Positions 1-13,927 of a stretch of 64,000 nt of DNA are shown piece after piece (position 1 is the stretch's first letter; the number at the start of each line of letters is the position of its first letter). Both the position numbers and the translations under genes were made by a program. The notes beneath the pieces were generated by a model. That model was given only the letters and a program-made list of their open reading frames with translations, ran no database searches and had not been told where the DNA came from. Origin of the DNA: Eledone cirrhosa (Eukaryota); NCBI GenBank assembly GCA_964016885.1, contig OZ024754.1, forward strand, positions 10,416,001 to 10,480,000. The letters run 5' to 3'.

Positions 1-382
1 GTCCAGGAACTGAACCCACGACATTATGATCACAAGTCCAACACCCTTACCACTAGGCCACGTGCCACCCCATAAGACACAGTACATGTGATAAAAAGAC
101 AAGAAAGAAGTTAGCAATGCCTGAAAGGGGTTAGCATGAGACAAGCCAGTTCTGATAAATAGAGGCTGCTGTTGTAGCAATATCAAAGGAAGAGAAGATA
201 AGACACCTGTAAGTCATAGGTTAAAGTGTGTTAATGAGAAACTATATGTCTGTCAGTCATGTGGTGTATTGGTGGGCTGAGGTGTAGGATGTCTGTATGT
301 GTAACATTGTGAGAAAGGCAGTCCATTGTCTCACTTGAACTTGGTAAAGAGTTATTAGATAAGCTAACGTATTATCTGGACC

Positions 383-585
383 TTAACCTTTAAGTATTTA
401 CATTACTCTATATTTACTATTGTATTTTTGTGGTAAAGGCTTTACCTCACATAATATCGAATCTGTGAGATTTTGATGTTATTTATTTTGAGAACAATAT
501 CTTAACATCAGCATGAGTGGCCAGTTACAGCCAGTTTGAACAGAAAGAGAGAAGGATACGGCCAGTTTAAAAGCTAAATGGTTAA
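383..585 (-). mobile_element. TTAA-flanked piggyBac-like MITE (family M1)
   Basis: ttaa-ccttta...taaatgg-ttaa termini; reverse-complement homolog of 62147-62349 and 16065-16270. Confidence 0.75.
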
Positions 586-650
586 AAAGAAGACCAGTCT
601 TTGTGATGTAATGTTTGCCATGTTGTGGAGAAACACTCACCAGGAGAGAT

Positions 651-907
651 CTTCAGTGAGAGAGAGGGATGACAAGACCTTCAGTGAGAGAGAGGGATGA
701 CAAGACCTTCAGTGAGAGAGAGGGATGACAAGACCTTCAGTGAGAGAGAGGGATGACAAGACCTTCAGTGAGAGGGAGGGATGACAAGACCTTCAGTGAG
801 AGGGAGGGATGACAAGATCTTCAGTGAGAGGGAGGGATGACAAGATCTTCAGTGAGAGGGAGGGATGACAAGACCTTCGGTGAGAGGGAGGGATGACAAG
901 ATCTTCA
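651..907. repeat. 28-bp minisatellite, about 9 units
   Basis: unit cttcagtgagag(a/g)gagggatgacaaga(c/t), with a polar gradient of variants. Confidence 0.95.
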
Positions 908-944
908 GGTTTCAAGTTATGTGTTGTTCATGTAGAAGGGACAT

Positions 945-1135
945 TGCGGTCGATTGGCAGTATCGGTAGAGGGTCGGACGCCATGCTTTCCAGCATAGTT
1001 ACGTCCCTTTACGATCTGAGTTCAAATCCCGCCGAGGTTGACTTTGCCTTTCATCCTTACGGGGTCGATAAAATAAAGTACCAGTAATGCACTGGGTAAT
1101 TGCTGGCCTTGTGCCTAAAGTAGAAACAATTATTG
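945..1135 (+). mobile_element. tRNA-derived SINE, Meta-type central domain (family S2)
   Basis: tggcagtatcggtag A-box-like, gagttcaaatcc B-box, gcctttcatccttacggggtcgataaaataaagtacc central block, tail gtagaaacaattatt; more than 15 full or partial copies in the window. Confidence 0.85.
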
Positions 1136-1854
1136 CTTTTGTGATTGTGTCTGAGTTACTGAAGGGGTTAAGGTTGGCATAACCCCATTAGGGTCAGTGT
1201 AGGTTAGACATGGGTTAATTAGTAGAGGACAAACAATAGGATGACAGGTTGGAAATTTCTGGCACACTTACATACATCTATACATAGAAGATAACTAGAG
1301 ATACGGATAGGGGGTGAGTGTGTGAGTGAGTGAGTGAGTGAGTGAGTGAGTGAGAGTGAGAAAGAGAGAGAATAAAAGAAAAAGAAGGAGTCAGAGAAGA
1401 AAGGAGTGGAGAGATAGAAAGGGTAAAGATAACAATAAAAGGATGGAGAGAAGTGTGAAGAGAGATGTTTGGCGGGAGAGAGATGTTTGGCTGGAGAGAG
1501 ATATTAAGATGAAGAGAAAGACCAGAAGACTGGACACAGAATGAATAAGATAGGCAAAAGGGAACAGGAGGGGAGAGAAAAGAATTGTAGACACTGTCAT
1601 ACCACAACTAAAACTTACAATACATCAAGATGTGGTTGGGAAAGTAGGAAGAGAGGTAGAAAGAATATTGAATAATGGAAGCTCTATGGGAGATTTCTTT
1701 TTCTTTGTCTTTCTTTTGAGAAAGAGAAACTTTAGTTGTATTGAATAAAAAGATAGATGGTGGCTTCACACCTTTATTGTAGATGTAAAGACAGTTGGGA
1801 ATGTATTATACAGACATAACTTTATAAATACTAAACAGACAAATGACATCTATA

Positions 1855-3467
<1,613 letters not shown>

Positions 3468-3762
3468 AAATGAGTGTGCTTCAGTTGGTGGATTGAAATC
3501 GCAACAAAACAGGACCACGTGTGTGTATGTATGTATGTACGTATGTGTGTGTATGTGTGGTAAATATCCACGCGTGTACAAAAAGAAAAAGGAAACCAGT
3601 GGTCAATCGGGGATGAGAGCTGATATACATGTTCCAACGTGGAACAACAGTGCTACCTAAGGTTTCAAGGCCCAATACTGGCCAGATCTACAGATTGTAA
3701 GAAGGATCAAATTTGTGACTTCAAATTAGGTCTAAAACACACACACACACATATATATATTA

Positions 3763-4088
3763 TGGAGGCACATGGCTTAGTGGTTAGAGCATTGGCCTTG
3801 CAATCGAAAGGTTGTGAGTTCAATTCTCAAACCGGGTGATGTGTTGTTTCCTTGAGCAAGACACTTTATTTCACATTGCTCCAGTTTACTCAGCTGTAGA
3901 AATGAGATAAGACTGGGTTCCGTATCATTCCACTGCAAAGTGGACGTGTAGGCGCCACGGCAAAAAAGCACCCAGCACTCACTGTAAATGAGGTTGGTGT
4001 TAGGAAGGGCATCCAGCTGTAGAAATCAAGCCAGAATCAGTTCCCGTCCCACCCTTGCAAGCAGGGAAAAGCGGACGTAAAAAATGAA
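3763..4088 (+). mobile_element. tRNA-derived CORE-SINE (family S1a)
   Basis: tggcttagtgg A-box, gagttcaattc B-box; ccttgagcaagacact...ccagtttactcagctgtagaaatgag resembles the CORE domain; 3' part ggaagggcatcc...gacgtaaaaatga; near-identical copies at 13928-14262 and 25355-25688. Confidence 0.85.
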
Positions 4089-4117
4089 ATATATATATAT
4101 ATATATATATATTTTAA

Positions 4118-4385
4118 AAAGTCTAAAGTCCGTCTTAAGCCAGAAGGCTCATTTGATCAGTGCTTATCCCCGGTTTCATGGCGTGAAGTACAAGACTTCC
4201 CCCTGGACAGGACACCAGTCCATTGCAGGGTTAAACCTCCAGCTATTGCTGGTACTCGTTTTCAGCTGAGTATACTGGAGCAACGTGAAATGAAGTGTTT
4301 TGCTCAAGAACACAACACACAACCCAGGAATCGAACCCACGACATTATGATTGTAAGTCCAACACTCTTACCACTAGGACACGTA
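4118..4385 (-). mobile_element. CORE-SINE with an alternative 3' tail (S1b)
   Basis: same head and CORE as S1a on the minus strand, but unrelated 3' half. Confidence 0.75.
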
Positions 4386-4417
4386 ACTCCACTATATATA
4401 TATATAAAATTTTGTTA

Positions 4418-4458
<41 letters not shown>

Positions 4459-4481
4459 CACATATAACAAACTTATAGATG

Positions 4482-4801
4482 TTATGTCTGAGCAAATCAC
4501 AAACATGCACCATACCACTTGTAGAAGAAGCTCAAAGAAAGATTCCAAAGAATAAATCTGAGCATTTAATATATATATATATATATCTTCGGTTAGCTTT
4601 CCCCTGTGTTGTTTACTTGTCTCACTCGCTTTACGCGTTTCAATTGTCCCAATAACTTATTTTAGTTATTGTCGCACCAACGTGAGGGATATGATTTTTA
4701 ATGCGATGAAATACCAATGATCGTTGGAAAATCACTGATGAGGGACTCATTTTATAACATGTAATCCATGTGCAACCATGCAGTATTCTTCTCCCCATAT
4801 T

Positions 4802-4844
<43 letters not shown>

Positions 4845-5249
4845 TGCCATTGTTAATATAAATGCCATCGTTAATTAATAAATAAATTAACTATTACCTC
4901 AACACTTCACACAAAGTAAAATATTTTGTTTTAAACATTTTCTAACCCAGAAAAAATAGAAAAATATATATTTTTCTTCCTAATAATCATCTTTTTCTCC
5001 CTATTTTCATATATATATATATCTCCCAACTTGTGTGCCCCTTCTCCACATTTTATTATTATTATTATATATATATATATATGTTACCACTTCTATATAT
5101 ATATATATATATATAGAAGGGGTAACACAACAGTTAGTTCACCATACCAAGAACAATTGTTTCACCTTAGCAGATCTTCAGCTCAAGATCTGCTAAGGTG
5201 AAACAATTGTTCTCGGTATGGTGAACTAACTGTTGTGTTACCACTTCTA

Positions 5250-5281
<32 letters not shown>

Positions 5282-5308
5282 AAAATGTGGAGAAGGGGCA
5301 CACGAGTT

Positions 5309-5353
<45 letters not shown>

Positions 5354-5513
5354 ATAGGGAGAAAAAGGTGATTATTAGGAAGAAAAATTTTTTTTTTCTC
5401 TTTTTTTCTGGGTTAGAAAATGTTTAAAACAAAATATTTTACTTTGTGTGTGTGAAGTTTTGAGGTAATAGTTAATTTATTTATTAATTAACGATGGCAT
5501 CTATATTAACAAT

Positions 5514-5552
<39 letters not shown>

Positions 5553-5634
5553 TGATCAGATTTATTCTTTGGAATCTTTCTTTGAGCTTCTTCTACAAGT
5601 GGTATGGTGCATGTTTGTGATTTGCTCAGACATA
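4482..5634. repeat. about 1.15-kb modular palindrome centred near 5181
   Basis: 4482-4570 vs 5548-5634, 4845-5010 vs 5348-5518, 5023-5068 vs about 5265-5312, and 5115-5178 vs 5185-5248 are reverse complements; modules are separated by (TA)n. Confidence 0.95.
5147..5186 (-). ncRNA. minimal type I hammerhead-like motif (family C)
   Basis: minus strand: gag CUGAAGA ucugcuaaggu GAAA caauug UU cuu; palindromic stem III ACAAUUGU; weak stem II. Confidence 0.55.
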
Positions 5635-5798
5635 TATATATATATATTATAGAGGTAGAACACTGGAAGGTAATATCCGTAGTGGTAGAGCACTCAGTCC
5701 ATGGGACGAGTTAGGTAGAAGTGGTAACACAACAGTTAGTTCACCATACTGAGAACAATTGTTTTATGGTCCATCAGGTTCCTTACCACACTTCCTTC

Positions 5799-5871
<73 letters not shown>

Positions 5872-5876
<5 letters not shown>

Positions 5877-6200
5877 ATTAAATAAATGGAAAACTATATT
5901 TATAAAACCATATTTATTTCATTATATATATTTCGGGGATAATGAAGTTGATGTTTATTACGGTATGTCGAATATATTTATCTATAAAACTGTTTATATT
6001 GTATTTTGTCTGATGAAGGCATAGCATATTGTTAATATGATATCCCCGAAATATATATAATGAAATAAATATGGTTTTATAAATATAGTTTTCCATTTAT
6101 TTAATATTGTAAATATACTCCAAGTATTTGTCGAGTGCTTTTATATCAGTTTATAAATATTTACTAGTTGTAACCCAACAATTTTAAATATAACTTTACA
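5872..6200 (+). mobile_element. family B hammerhead-bearing module with 70-bp inverted duplication (Penelope-like pLTR fragment)
   Basis: 5872-5941 is the reverse complement of 6041-6110; flanked by (TA)n; homologous to 9240-9528, 18140-18305 and 43940-44130. Confidence 0.75.
6002..6067 (+). ncRNA. minimal type I hammerhead ribozyme (family B)
   Basis: uauuuugu CUGAUGA [agg..cauauu guu aauaug..ccc] GAAA uauaua UA augaaaua. Confidence 0.7.
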
Positions 6201-6331
6201 TGTATATATATATATATATATTTATATATAAAGCGCTGAAATGCCTAGGATGGTTGGAAGGCCACTGATGAAGGATTTACTTTTTCATATGTAACCCATT
6301 TGCAACGCCGCAGCTCCATTATTATCATATT

Positions 6332-6362
<31 letters not shown>

Positions 6363-6364
<2 letters not shown>

Positions 6365-6506
6365 CAAAAGAAGTGTGGTAAGGAACCAGATGGACCATAA
6401 CACACCAGAGTAATCAATACTTAGAGTAGTAGAGTGGGTAATAGGAAAAGAGTCAGGACCCCAACAGCTGAACTCTGGCCATTTCGACCTAGCTATCGAA
6501 ACGGCC
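6363..6506 (-). mobile_element. family A module with short fold-back
   Basis: gaagtgtggtaaggaacc...; hairpin 6477-6487/6496-6506; joined to an S2 SINE 3' half. Confidence 0.8.
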
Positions 6507-6662
6507 TTTCATCCTTACAGGGTTGATAAAATAAAGTACCAGTAATGCACTGGGGTCAGTTTAATAGACTTTCCCCTCCCCCCAAAATTGCTGGCCTTGT
6601 GCCTATAGTACCTTTATGATTACTATTATTATCATCAGTAACACTATTATCATTTTGATTTT

Positions 6663-6664
6663 AC

Positions 6665-6701
<37 letters not shown>

Positions 6702-7258
6702 TTACCACCACCACTACTACTATTACCACCACCACTACTACTATTACCACCACCACCACTATTACCAACACCACCACTACTACTATTACCACCAACACCA
6801 CCACCACCACTATTACCAACACCACCACCACTACTACTACCACCACCACCAACACCCCCACTATTACCAACACCACTACTACCACCACCAACACCCCCAC
6901 TATTACCAACACCACCACTACTACTATTACCACCATCACCACCACTATTACCAACTCCACCACTACTACTACCACCACCACCAACACCCCCACTATTACC
7001 AACACCACCACCACTACTACCACCACCAACACCCCCACTATTACCAACACCACTACCACTACTACCACCACCAACACCCCCACTATTACCAACACCACCA
7101 CCACCACTACTACCACCACCAACACCCCCACTATTACCAACACCACCACCACTACTACCACCACCAACACCCCCACTATTACCAACACCACCACCACTAC
7201 TACCACCACCAACACCCCCACTATTACCAACACCACCACCACCACCACCACCACCACT
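6663..7258. repeat. CAC/TAC/CAA trinucleotide-derived minisatellite
   Basis: repeated ccaccaccaacacccccactattaccaacacc units. Confidence 0.95.
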
Positions 7259-7389
7259 AATGACTATTTTATAAACATGCCATCTTATATACAAACATTG
7301 TGATCACAACACTTCCACTGTTACAGAAACAAAGGAGAGTTTTTGTTATTTGTAGTTTTTTTTTTAACAAACATTAGAACTGTTTTCTT

Positions 7390-7650
7390 TAGAGAGAGAG
7401 AGGGGAGAGAGATGAGAGGAGATAGACAGAGAGAGAGACAGAGAGAGAGACAGAGAGAGAGAAAGAGAGAGACAGAAAGAGAGAGACAGAAAGAGAGAGA
7501 CAGAAAGAGAGAGACAGAAAGAGAGAGACAGAGAGAGACAGAGAGAGAAAGAGAGAGACAGACAGAGAGAAAGAGAGAGACAGACAGAGAGAGAAAGAGA
7601 CAGACAGAGACAGACAGAGAGAGAAAGAGAGAGACAGAGAGAGAGAAAGA
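7390..7650. repeat. GA/GACA microsatellite
   Basis: direct inspection. Confidence 0.95.
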
Positions 7651-7934
7651 GTGTGTCTTGTTTTTTTCATTTATTTCCTATAATTCTTACATTGTTCTGG
7701 CTTAAATTTAACTTTTATCACAGTAAGAAGTTATAGGTGTGAGGTGAGGGTGGAGGTGATTTATAAAAGAAAAAAGAAAAAAACATTTTGTTTTTGTTTT
7801 TGTTATCAAAAGATTAATTCAGTGTCAGTTTATTGTAAAGTTTAAGATTTAGTAAAAGAAAGAAAAAAGAAAAAGGAAAAGAAAAAAAAGAAAAAAAGTA
7901 AAAAAAAAAGAAAGTGATAAAAGCAAACATGTTA

Positions 7935-8270
7935 GAATGAATGGTTTGTTGAAGTTGTAGTATTTGTATAAATGGTTTGTTACAGTTGTAGTATTTTATG
8001 AATGGTTAAGGTTATAGTATTTTATGAATGGTTAAGGTTATAGTATTTGTATTGATGATTTGTTACAGTTGTAGTATTTTATGAATGGTTAAGGTTATAG
8101 TATTTTATGAATGGTTAAGGTTATAGTATTTTATGAATGGTTAAGGTTATAGTATTTTATGAATGGTTAAGGTATTTGTATTGATGGTTTGTTACAGTTG
8201 TAGTATTTGTATTGATGGTTTGTTACAGTTGTAGTATTTTAATGAATGGTTGTAGTTGTAGTATTTGTAT
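7935..8270. repeat. degenerate 26-30 bp minisatellite
   Basis: units such as atgaatggttaaggttatagtattt and gatggtttgttacagttgtagtattt. Confidence 0.9.
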
Positions 8271-9327
8271 GGCTGGTTGATTGGTTGATTACACTACATG
8301 GAGAGCAGAATCAGCTAGACAGTCATGGTTGGCAGCAGCAGTGACTTGGAAGGGAAGACAGTAATGCATGTACAACTGTTGGTCTTCCATAAAACACTTT
8401 GCTCAGGTGCAAAACCATGGTCAGTCATGGCTGAAATATCTTTTAAAGTCATTGATGTAGAGATAAGTTTTGGGGAGAAAAAAGTATTTTTAAGACATGT
8501 TTAGATGTATCTTTGAGAATAATTCTTGGAGTTTTCATTTGCAGTGTATATGTGGATTTCCTTATAGACGAGATGGTTTGTCATCTCAACCAGGGTTTGA
8601 AATAAGGGCTGATATCTGAATAATTGCTTTATTTGAAACATGTCATAAATATATTGACATTTTCTAAACTTAGATTTCATCAAGCAAAAGGTAGATTATA
8701 AGTGAAGTGGCAGACAGGATTGTGATGGGAGGAGGGGGGGGGCATAGAGGGGGGAAGAGAGAGGGAGGAGAGGGAGGGGTGATAGAGAGGGGGAAGAGAG
8801 AGGGAGGAGAGGGAGGGGTGATAGAGAGGGGGAAGAGAGAGAGGAGAGGGAGAAGAGAGAGGAGGGGGGATAGAGAGAACGAGAGGGAATAGAGAAAAAA
8901 GAGGGAGGAGAGAGAGAGAAAAAGAGGGAGGAGAGAGAGAGAAAAAGAGAGACCCAGAAGAGTATGGAGGGAGGGGGGGGGGGGGTCAGCATATGAAATT
9001 GGGAAAGACAGGATCAATAAGTGGGAGTGATAAAGAAAAGATAACTCTTGTAGTCCAAAGTCTAATACTCCTTACATGGTCGTAATATAAATATATTCCT
9101 CTACGTTTTTCCATGGAACCCCAGACACTCCTTTGTGGAATCTACTTTGGGAGCCCCTCTCTCTCTCTCTCATATATATACCATGAATATATATATATAT
9201 ATTTATACCATGAATAATATATATATATACCATGAATAATCCCTAATATGTTTTCACTATCCAGTGAATTTCCGACTGATAAGGTATGATTTTCATGGGT
9301 ACGTCTTTATTTATAAAACAAACTTTG

Positions 9328-9392
9328 TATTTTATCTGATGAAAGCGCACCAAGGTTGGGTTGGTTGCCCTTGAAATATATATAATAAAATA
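9328..9392 (+). ncRNA. minimal type I hammerhead ribozyme (family B)
   Basis: UAUUUUAU CUGAUGA [aag c gca ccaa..uugg u ugc c cuu] GAAA uauaua UA AUAAAAUA; perfect 8-bp stem I. Confidence 0.75.
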
Positions 9393-9526
9393 AATATGGT
9401 TTTATAAATATAGTTTCCATTTATTTAATATCATGGAATATTTACTCCAGTAATTTGTTGAGTGCTCTAAATCAGTTATAAACATTTATGTTTGTCGGAA
9501 TTCCAACAAATTAAATACAACTTCTA

Positions 9527-9559
<33 letters not shown>

Positions 9560-9561
<2 letters not shown>

Positions 9562-9666
9562 CGGAGGAAATGTGGTAAGGAACCAGGTGGACCATAACGC
9601 ACCAAAGTACTCAATACTTAGGGTAGTAGAGTGGGTAATAGGAACGAGTAGGTCCTACTTGTTCCC
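9560..9666 (-). mobile_element. family A module with 12-bp fold-back, between (TA)n tracts
   Basis: hairpin 9641-9652/9654-9665. Confidence 0.8.
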
Positions 9667-10334
9667 ATATATATATATATATATATAGGAAAATATTGCA
9701 GCCGGGTTCAGGATTCATATGATGATTAGTAGAAGTAGAATGTGTGGTCAAGCAAATAGGGGGCACAATTTGAATAAAAGGTTGTTACAGGTAACTGATC
9801 TAGTACACACACCATACACACACCCCATACACACACACACACACACACAGACTCTCTCTCTCTACTTATTTACAGGAAAACAATCTAGCTGAGTCAGAGT
9901 CCTTTGAAACAGCAGAGACAATCAAATATTACTTGTCTACATTAAATCAAGAGAAATGTTACCGATTTACATCGAAGGAATCATTGTCTTGCAAAGAAAT
10001 TAGAAATTAGTTTTTTTTTACCTCCTCAACAACTTATTTAATAAAGGTAGCAATATTTTACTATTTCTTTTCCTGTTTTAGCTACTTTTACTATGTACTA
10101 AAGACCTTGGCAAAAAAACAACATTGTATTGATAATTTTCTATTATTAATAAACAAAAATATAGTAAAATAAAATAAACTACCAAGTAATTACCTATATT
10201 TTTCTAATGTCTTGTAACGTGGTATTTCTGCGCCACCAACCACAAGCTTCTCCCTAATTACAACAATAATACAACAGGAATGGTTCTGAACTATAAAATC
10301 ATAGGGAAATATAACATACTTTAGTGAAAATATA

Positions 10335-11338
10335 GTGGTGATGGTGGTGGTAGTGATTGTGGTGATGATGGTGGTGTTGGTGCTAATGGTGGTAGTGATG
10401 GTGGTGCTAATGGCGGTAGTGATGGTGGTGGTGTTGGTGCTAATGGTGGTAGTGGTGGTAGTGATGGTGGTGGTGTTGGTGCTAATGGTGGTAGTGATGG
10501 TGGTGGTGTTGGTGCTAATGGTGGTAGTGGTGGTAGTGGTGGTAGTGATGGTGGTGCTAATGGTGGTAGTGATGGTGGTGGTGTTGGTGCTAATGGCGGT
10601 AGTGGTGGTGGAGGTGTTGGTGCTAATGGCGGTAGTGGTGGTGGAGGTGTTGGTGCTAATGGCGGTAGTGGTGGTGGAGGTGTTGGTGCTAATGGTGGTG
10701 GTGGTGTTGGTGCTAATGGTGGTAGTGGTGGTAGTGATGGTGGTGGTGTTGGTGCTAATGGTGGTAGTGATGGTGGTGGAGGTGTTGGTGCTAATGGTGG
10801 TAGTGGTGGTAGTGATGGTGGTGGTGTTGGTGCTAATGGTGGTAGTGGTGGTAGTGGTGGTGGTGCTAATGGTGGTAGTGATGGTGGTGGTGTTGGTGCT
10901 AATGGCGGTAGTGGTGGTGGAGGTGTTGGTGCTAATGGCGGTAGTGGTGGTGGAGGTGTTGGTGCTAATGGCGGTAGTGGTGGTGGAGGTGTTGGTGCTA
11001 ATGGTGGTAGTGGTGGTAGTGATGGTGGTGGTGTTGGTGCTAATGGTGGTAGTGGTGGTAGTGATGGTGGTGGTGTTGGTGCTAATGGTGGTAGTGATGG
11101 TGGTGGTGTTGGTGCTAATGGTGGTAGTGGTGGTAGTGATGGTGGTGCTAATGGTGGTAGTGATGGTGGTGGTGGTGCTAATGGCGGTAGTGGTGGTGGA
11201 GGTGTTGGTGCTAATGGCGGTAGTGGTGGTGGAGGTGTTGGTGCTAATGGCGGTAGTGGTGGTGGAGGTGTTGGTGCTAATGGTGGTAGTGGTGGTGGTA
11301 GTGATGGTGGTGTTAATGGTGATGATGATGATGGTAGT
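10335..11338. repeat. GGT-based trinucleotide minisatellite
   Basis: repeated ggtgttggtgctaatgg(t/c)ggtagt units. Confidence 0.95.
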
Positions 11339-11783
11339 AATTATTACCATAGTGACTTTGTAAGAGGTGATGAAGCCGTCTGGCAATTTTATAAAAGAAA
11401 CAAGACAATATTCATTGGATCGGCCGGAGTATACCACTGGTATTTAGTAATGGTACACAGGCAGTCCTCAGAATGTCAGAATACTTTGCATTATCTACTG
11501 CGAATCACTGTACTCTGAGTTCAAATCCCACTGGGGTAAACCTTACCTCGATATCTCTTTTTCACTTTCTTTCTCTAGAAGAAGTGATGCTAGAGCTGTG
11601 AAATCTTGCATACATTAAGTTGTTTGGAACATAAAGGTTCTGACATAAAACAATGATGGAAGGTTTTTTTTGTTTTTTTTTTTAAGTAAATATAAACACT
11701 TTAAACACTGCATTGTTTCTTGTTAAAAAATAAACCTCATTTGGTCATTCCATGAGAGCATCTTGGTCAGCCTATAAACTTTT

Positions 11784-12344
11784 CAGCTGACCCTTATATT
11801 CAGACGTGGAGAAGGGGATAAGCTCTACAAGGTTTAAAATTCCCAAGAAACACTGCATGTCACTTTGCTGTCACCAATGACTTTACCAGGTGTTACAGAT
11901 CTCTACATACAAGGTGTCCCTCCAAAATGTATACACACCATTAGAATCCTGTCGAAGTGTGAATATATTTTTGGGGGACACCCTGTATAAACTAAATTTT
12001 TTCTACTTTTGGCACAGGGCTAGCAATTACTCAGTGCATTACTGGTACTTTATTTTATGAACCCCATAAGGATGAAAGGCAAAGTTAACCTCGGCGGGAT
12101 TTGAACTCAGAATGGCAAGGGCTGTAACAGCTGACCCTTTTATTAAGACCTGGAGAGGGGATAAGTTCTGTAAAGTTTAAAATGCCCAAGAAACACTGCA
12201 CGTCACTTCATTGTCACCAATGACTTTACCAGGTGTTACAGATCTATACATAAAAGGTGTCCCCAAAAAATATATACATACCATTAGAATTCTGTTGAAG
12301 TGTGTAGACATTTTGGGGGGACACCCTATATATATATACTAAAT
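11784..12344. repeat. about 210-bp diverged direct duplication flanking an S2 SINE fragment
   Basis: 11784-11997 resembles 12128-12344; SINE 3' part (minus) at 11998-12128. Confidence 0.9.
11910..11985. mobile_element. Tc1/mariner-type MITE
   Basis: TA-caaggtgtccc...gggacaccctg-TA; homolog at 53781-53879; duplicate at about 12253-12328. Confidence 0.75.
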
Positions 12345-13059
12345 AGTGTGCAAATATTAAGCAGAGAACATTTTCTGTTCTAACTATTAGCTTTTCAAAA
12401 ACTGAATAAGAATAAATTATGTTATGGTAATAGGATTGTTTGCATATTATGTTTTATCAAAACTATTCATCAGCTTGAAATATAGTAAAACAACTTTATA
12501 AATATGTAATTGCAAGCAAGAGCTTTAACTGCAAGCAACTTGTGCGTTGTGTTGGTATTTTACAATCAGATAAGTCGTCATAATAAAACAACACTATTAA
12601 AGTTTACCATTTTTCTTGGCATTGTGGCTGCTACTGATGCTACTTTTCAATCTTGTATTTATCTTGTTCGCCTAATGTCACTTTTAGAGCTTCTGCAACT
12701 AGATTAGGAATCAAAGAAGCTTTATATGAATAATACTATATATATATGGAAGAAATTCTCTCTATATTGAAGGTGTTAACCATTTCATGTCTAGAGTAGC
12801 CAGAAGCACTTGGGATTTCACTGACTAAATTATAGCTTCAATCTATATTTGCTGTCTTTTGTCTAATTTATGCTGTATATAGGAAAAGTTAGAGATAAAA
12901 TATTTATATAGAAAGATTGTTGTACAGTTCTGCCAATAGCTGTTATCTGTGTTAGAGTTACTGACTAAACATTTCCTAACTTTAATACTTTTATGAAATG
13001 GCTATTAGACATCACTACAATGAAGAATCAACTCATTGCTCATTTCACTTAGAGTATGA

Positions 13060-13259
13060 CAGCAGTAGCAGTAGTAGTGGTAGTAGTAGTAGTAGTGGTG
13101 GTGGTGGTGGTGGTAATATCAGTGGTGGTTGTAGTATCAGTGATGGTAGTAGTAGTAGTAGTGGTGGTGGTTGTAGCAGTGGTGGTAGTAATAGCAGTGG
13201 TGGTGGTGGTTGTAGTATCAGTGGTGGTTGTAGTATCTGTGGTGGTAGTAGTATCTGTG

Positions 13260-13319
<60 letters not shown>

Positions 13320-13380
13320 TAGTAGTAATAGTAATAGTAGAAGTAGTAGTAGTTGTAGTAGTAGTAGTAATAGCAGCAGC
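13060..13380. repeat. AGT/GGT trinucleotide microsatellite
   Basis: direct inspection. Confidence 0.95.
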
Positions 13381-13927
13381 AGAAAACCCAGTCATTACAC
13401 AATACTACAAGTAGTTGTGAACTCAGAAGAGTTAAATTGATGCAGTGAGAATGTATTCAACGCTATGTATTTTTATCCAGTGCGTAGTGCTGTGCTCACA
13501 AAAAATGTTTAAAACAGTGTTCACTGCTTTTCTGATAGTTATATGTGGTAATCATATAAAACCCCTAGCAATTGCAGTATTGGAAAGGTTCAACCTCGAT
13601 TAAAAATATCATAAATGAGAAACTCCAAGCTGAAAATTATTTTACCACCAGTGTTCTCTAACCACACATGCACACACTGTACACTACACTACTGCACACC
13701 CACTACCAACATAACTCCTCCTTATGTGTTCTCTCAGACATAAATATGCATGCATGGTCCTGAAACTCCTGAGGAAATCACAGGGGGGCTGTATTGACAT
13801 ACAGTAATTTTAGAGCATTTTTAAACCTGGCAGAGCCCAATTCTCTCCAGGTTTGAATACAGCAGCTTTTTTTAGTTTTTTGCCGTAGAAGGACAGAGAA
13901 CGAGAGAATGGGAAGTGAGTAAAAAAT

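Noticed and set aside
3763-3840. tRNA-like sequence with A and B boxes
   Set aside because: SINE head, continuous with the CORE domain and multi-copy
6616-7294. His/Tyr-rich and Gly/Ser-rich ORFs resembling structural proteins
   Set aside because: Trinucleotide repeat open in several frames on both strands; no unique coding flanks or splice context
10190-11437. 415-aa Thr-rich mucin-like ORF
   Set aside because: Coincides with a GGT minisatellite; no signal peptide or domain
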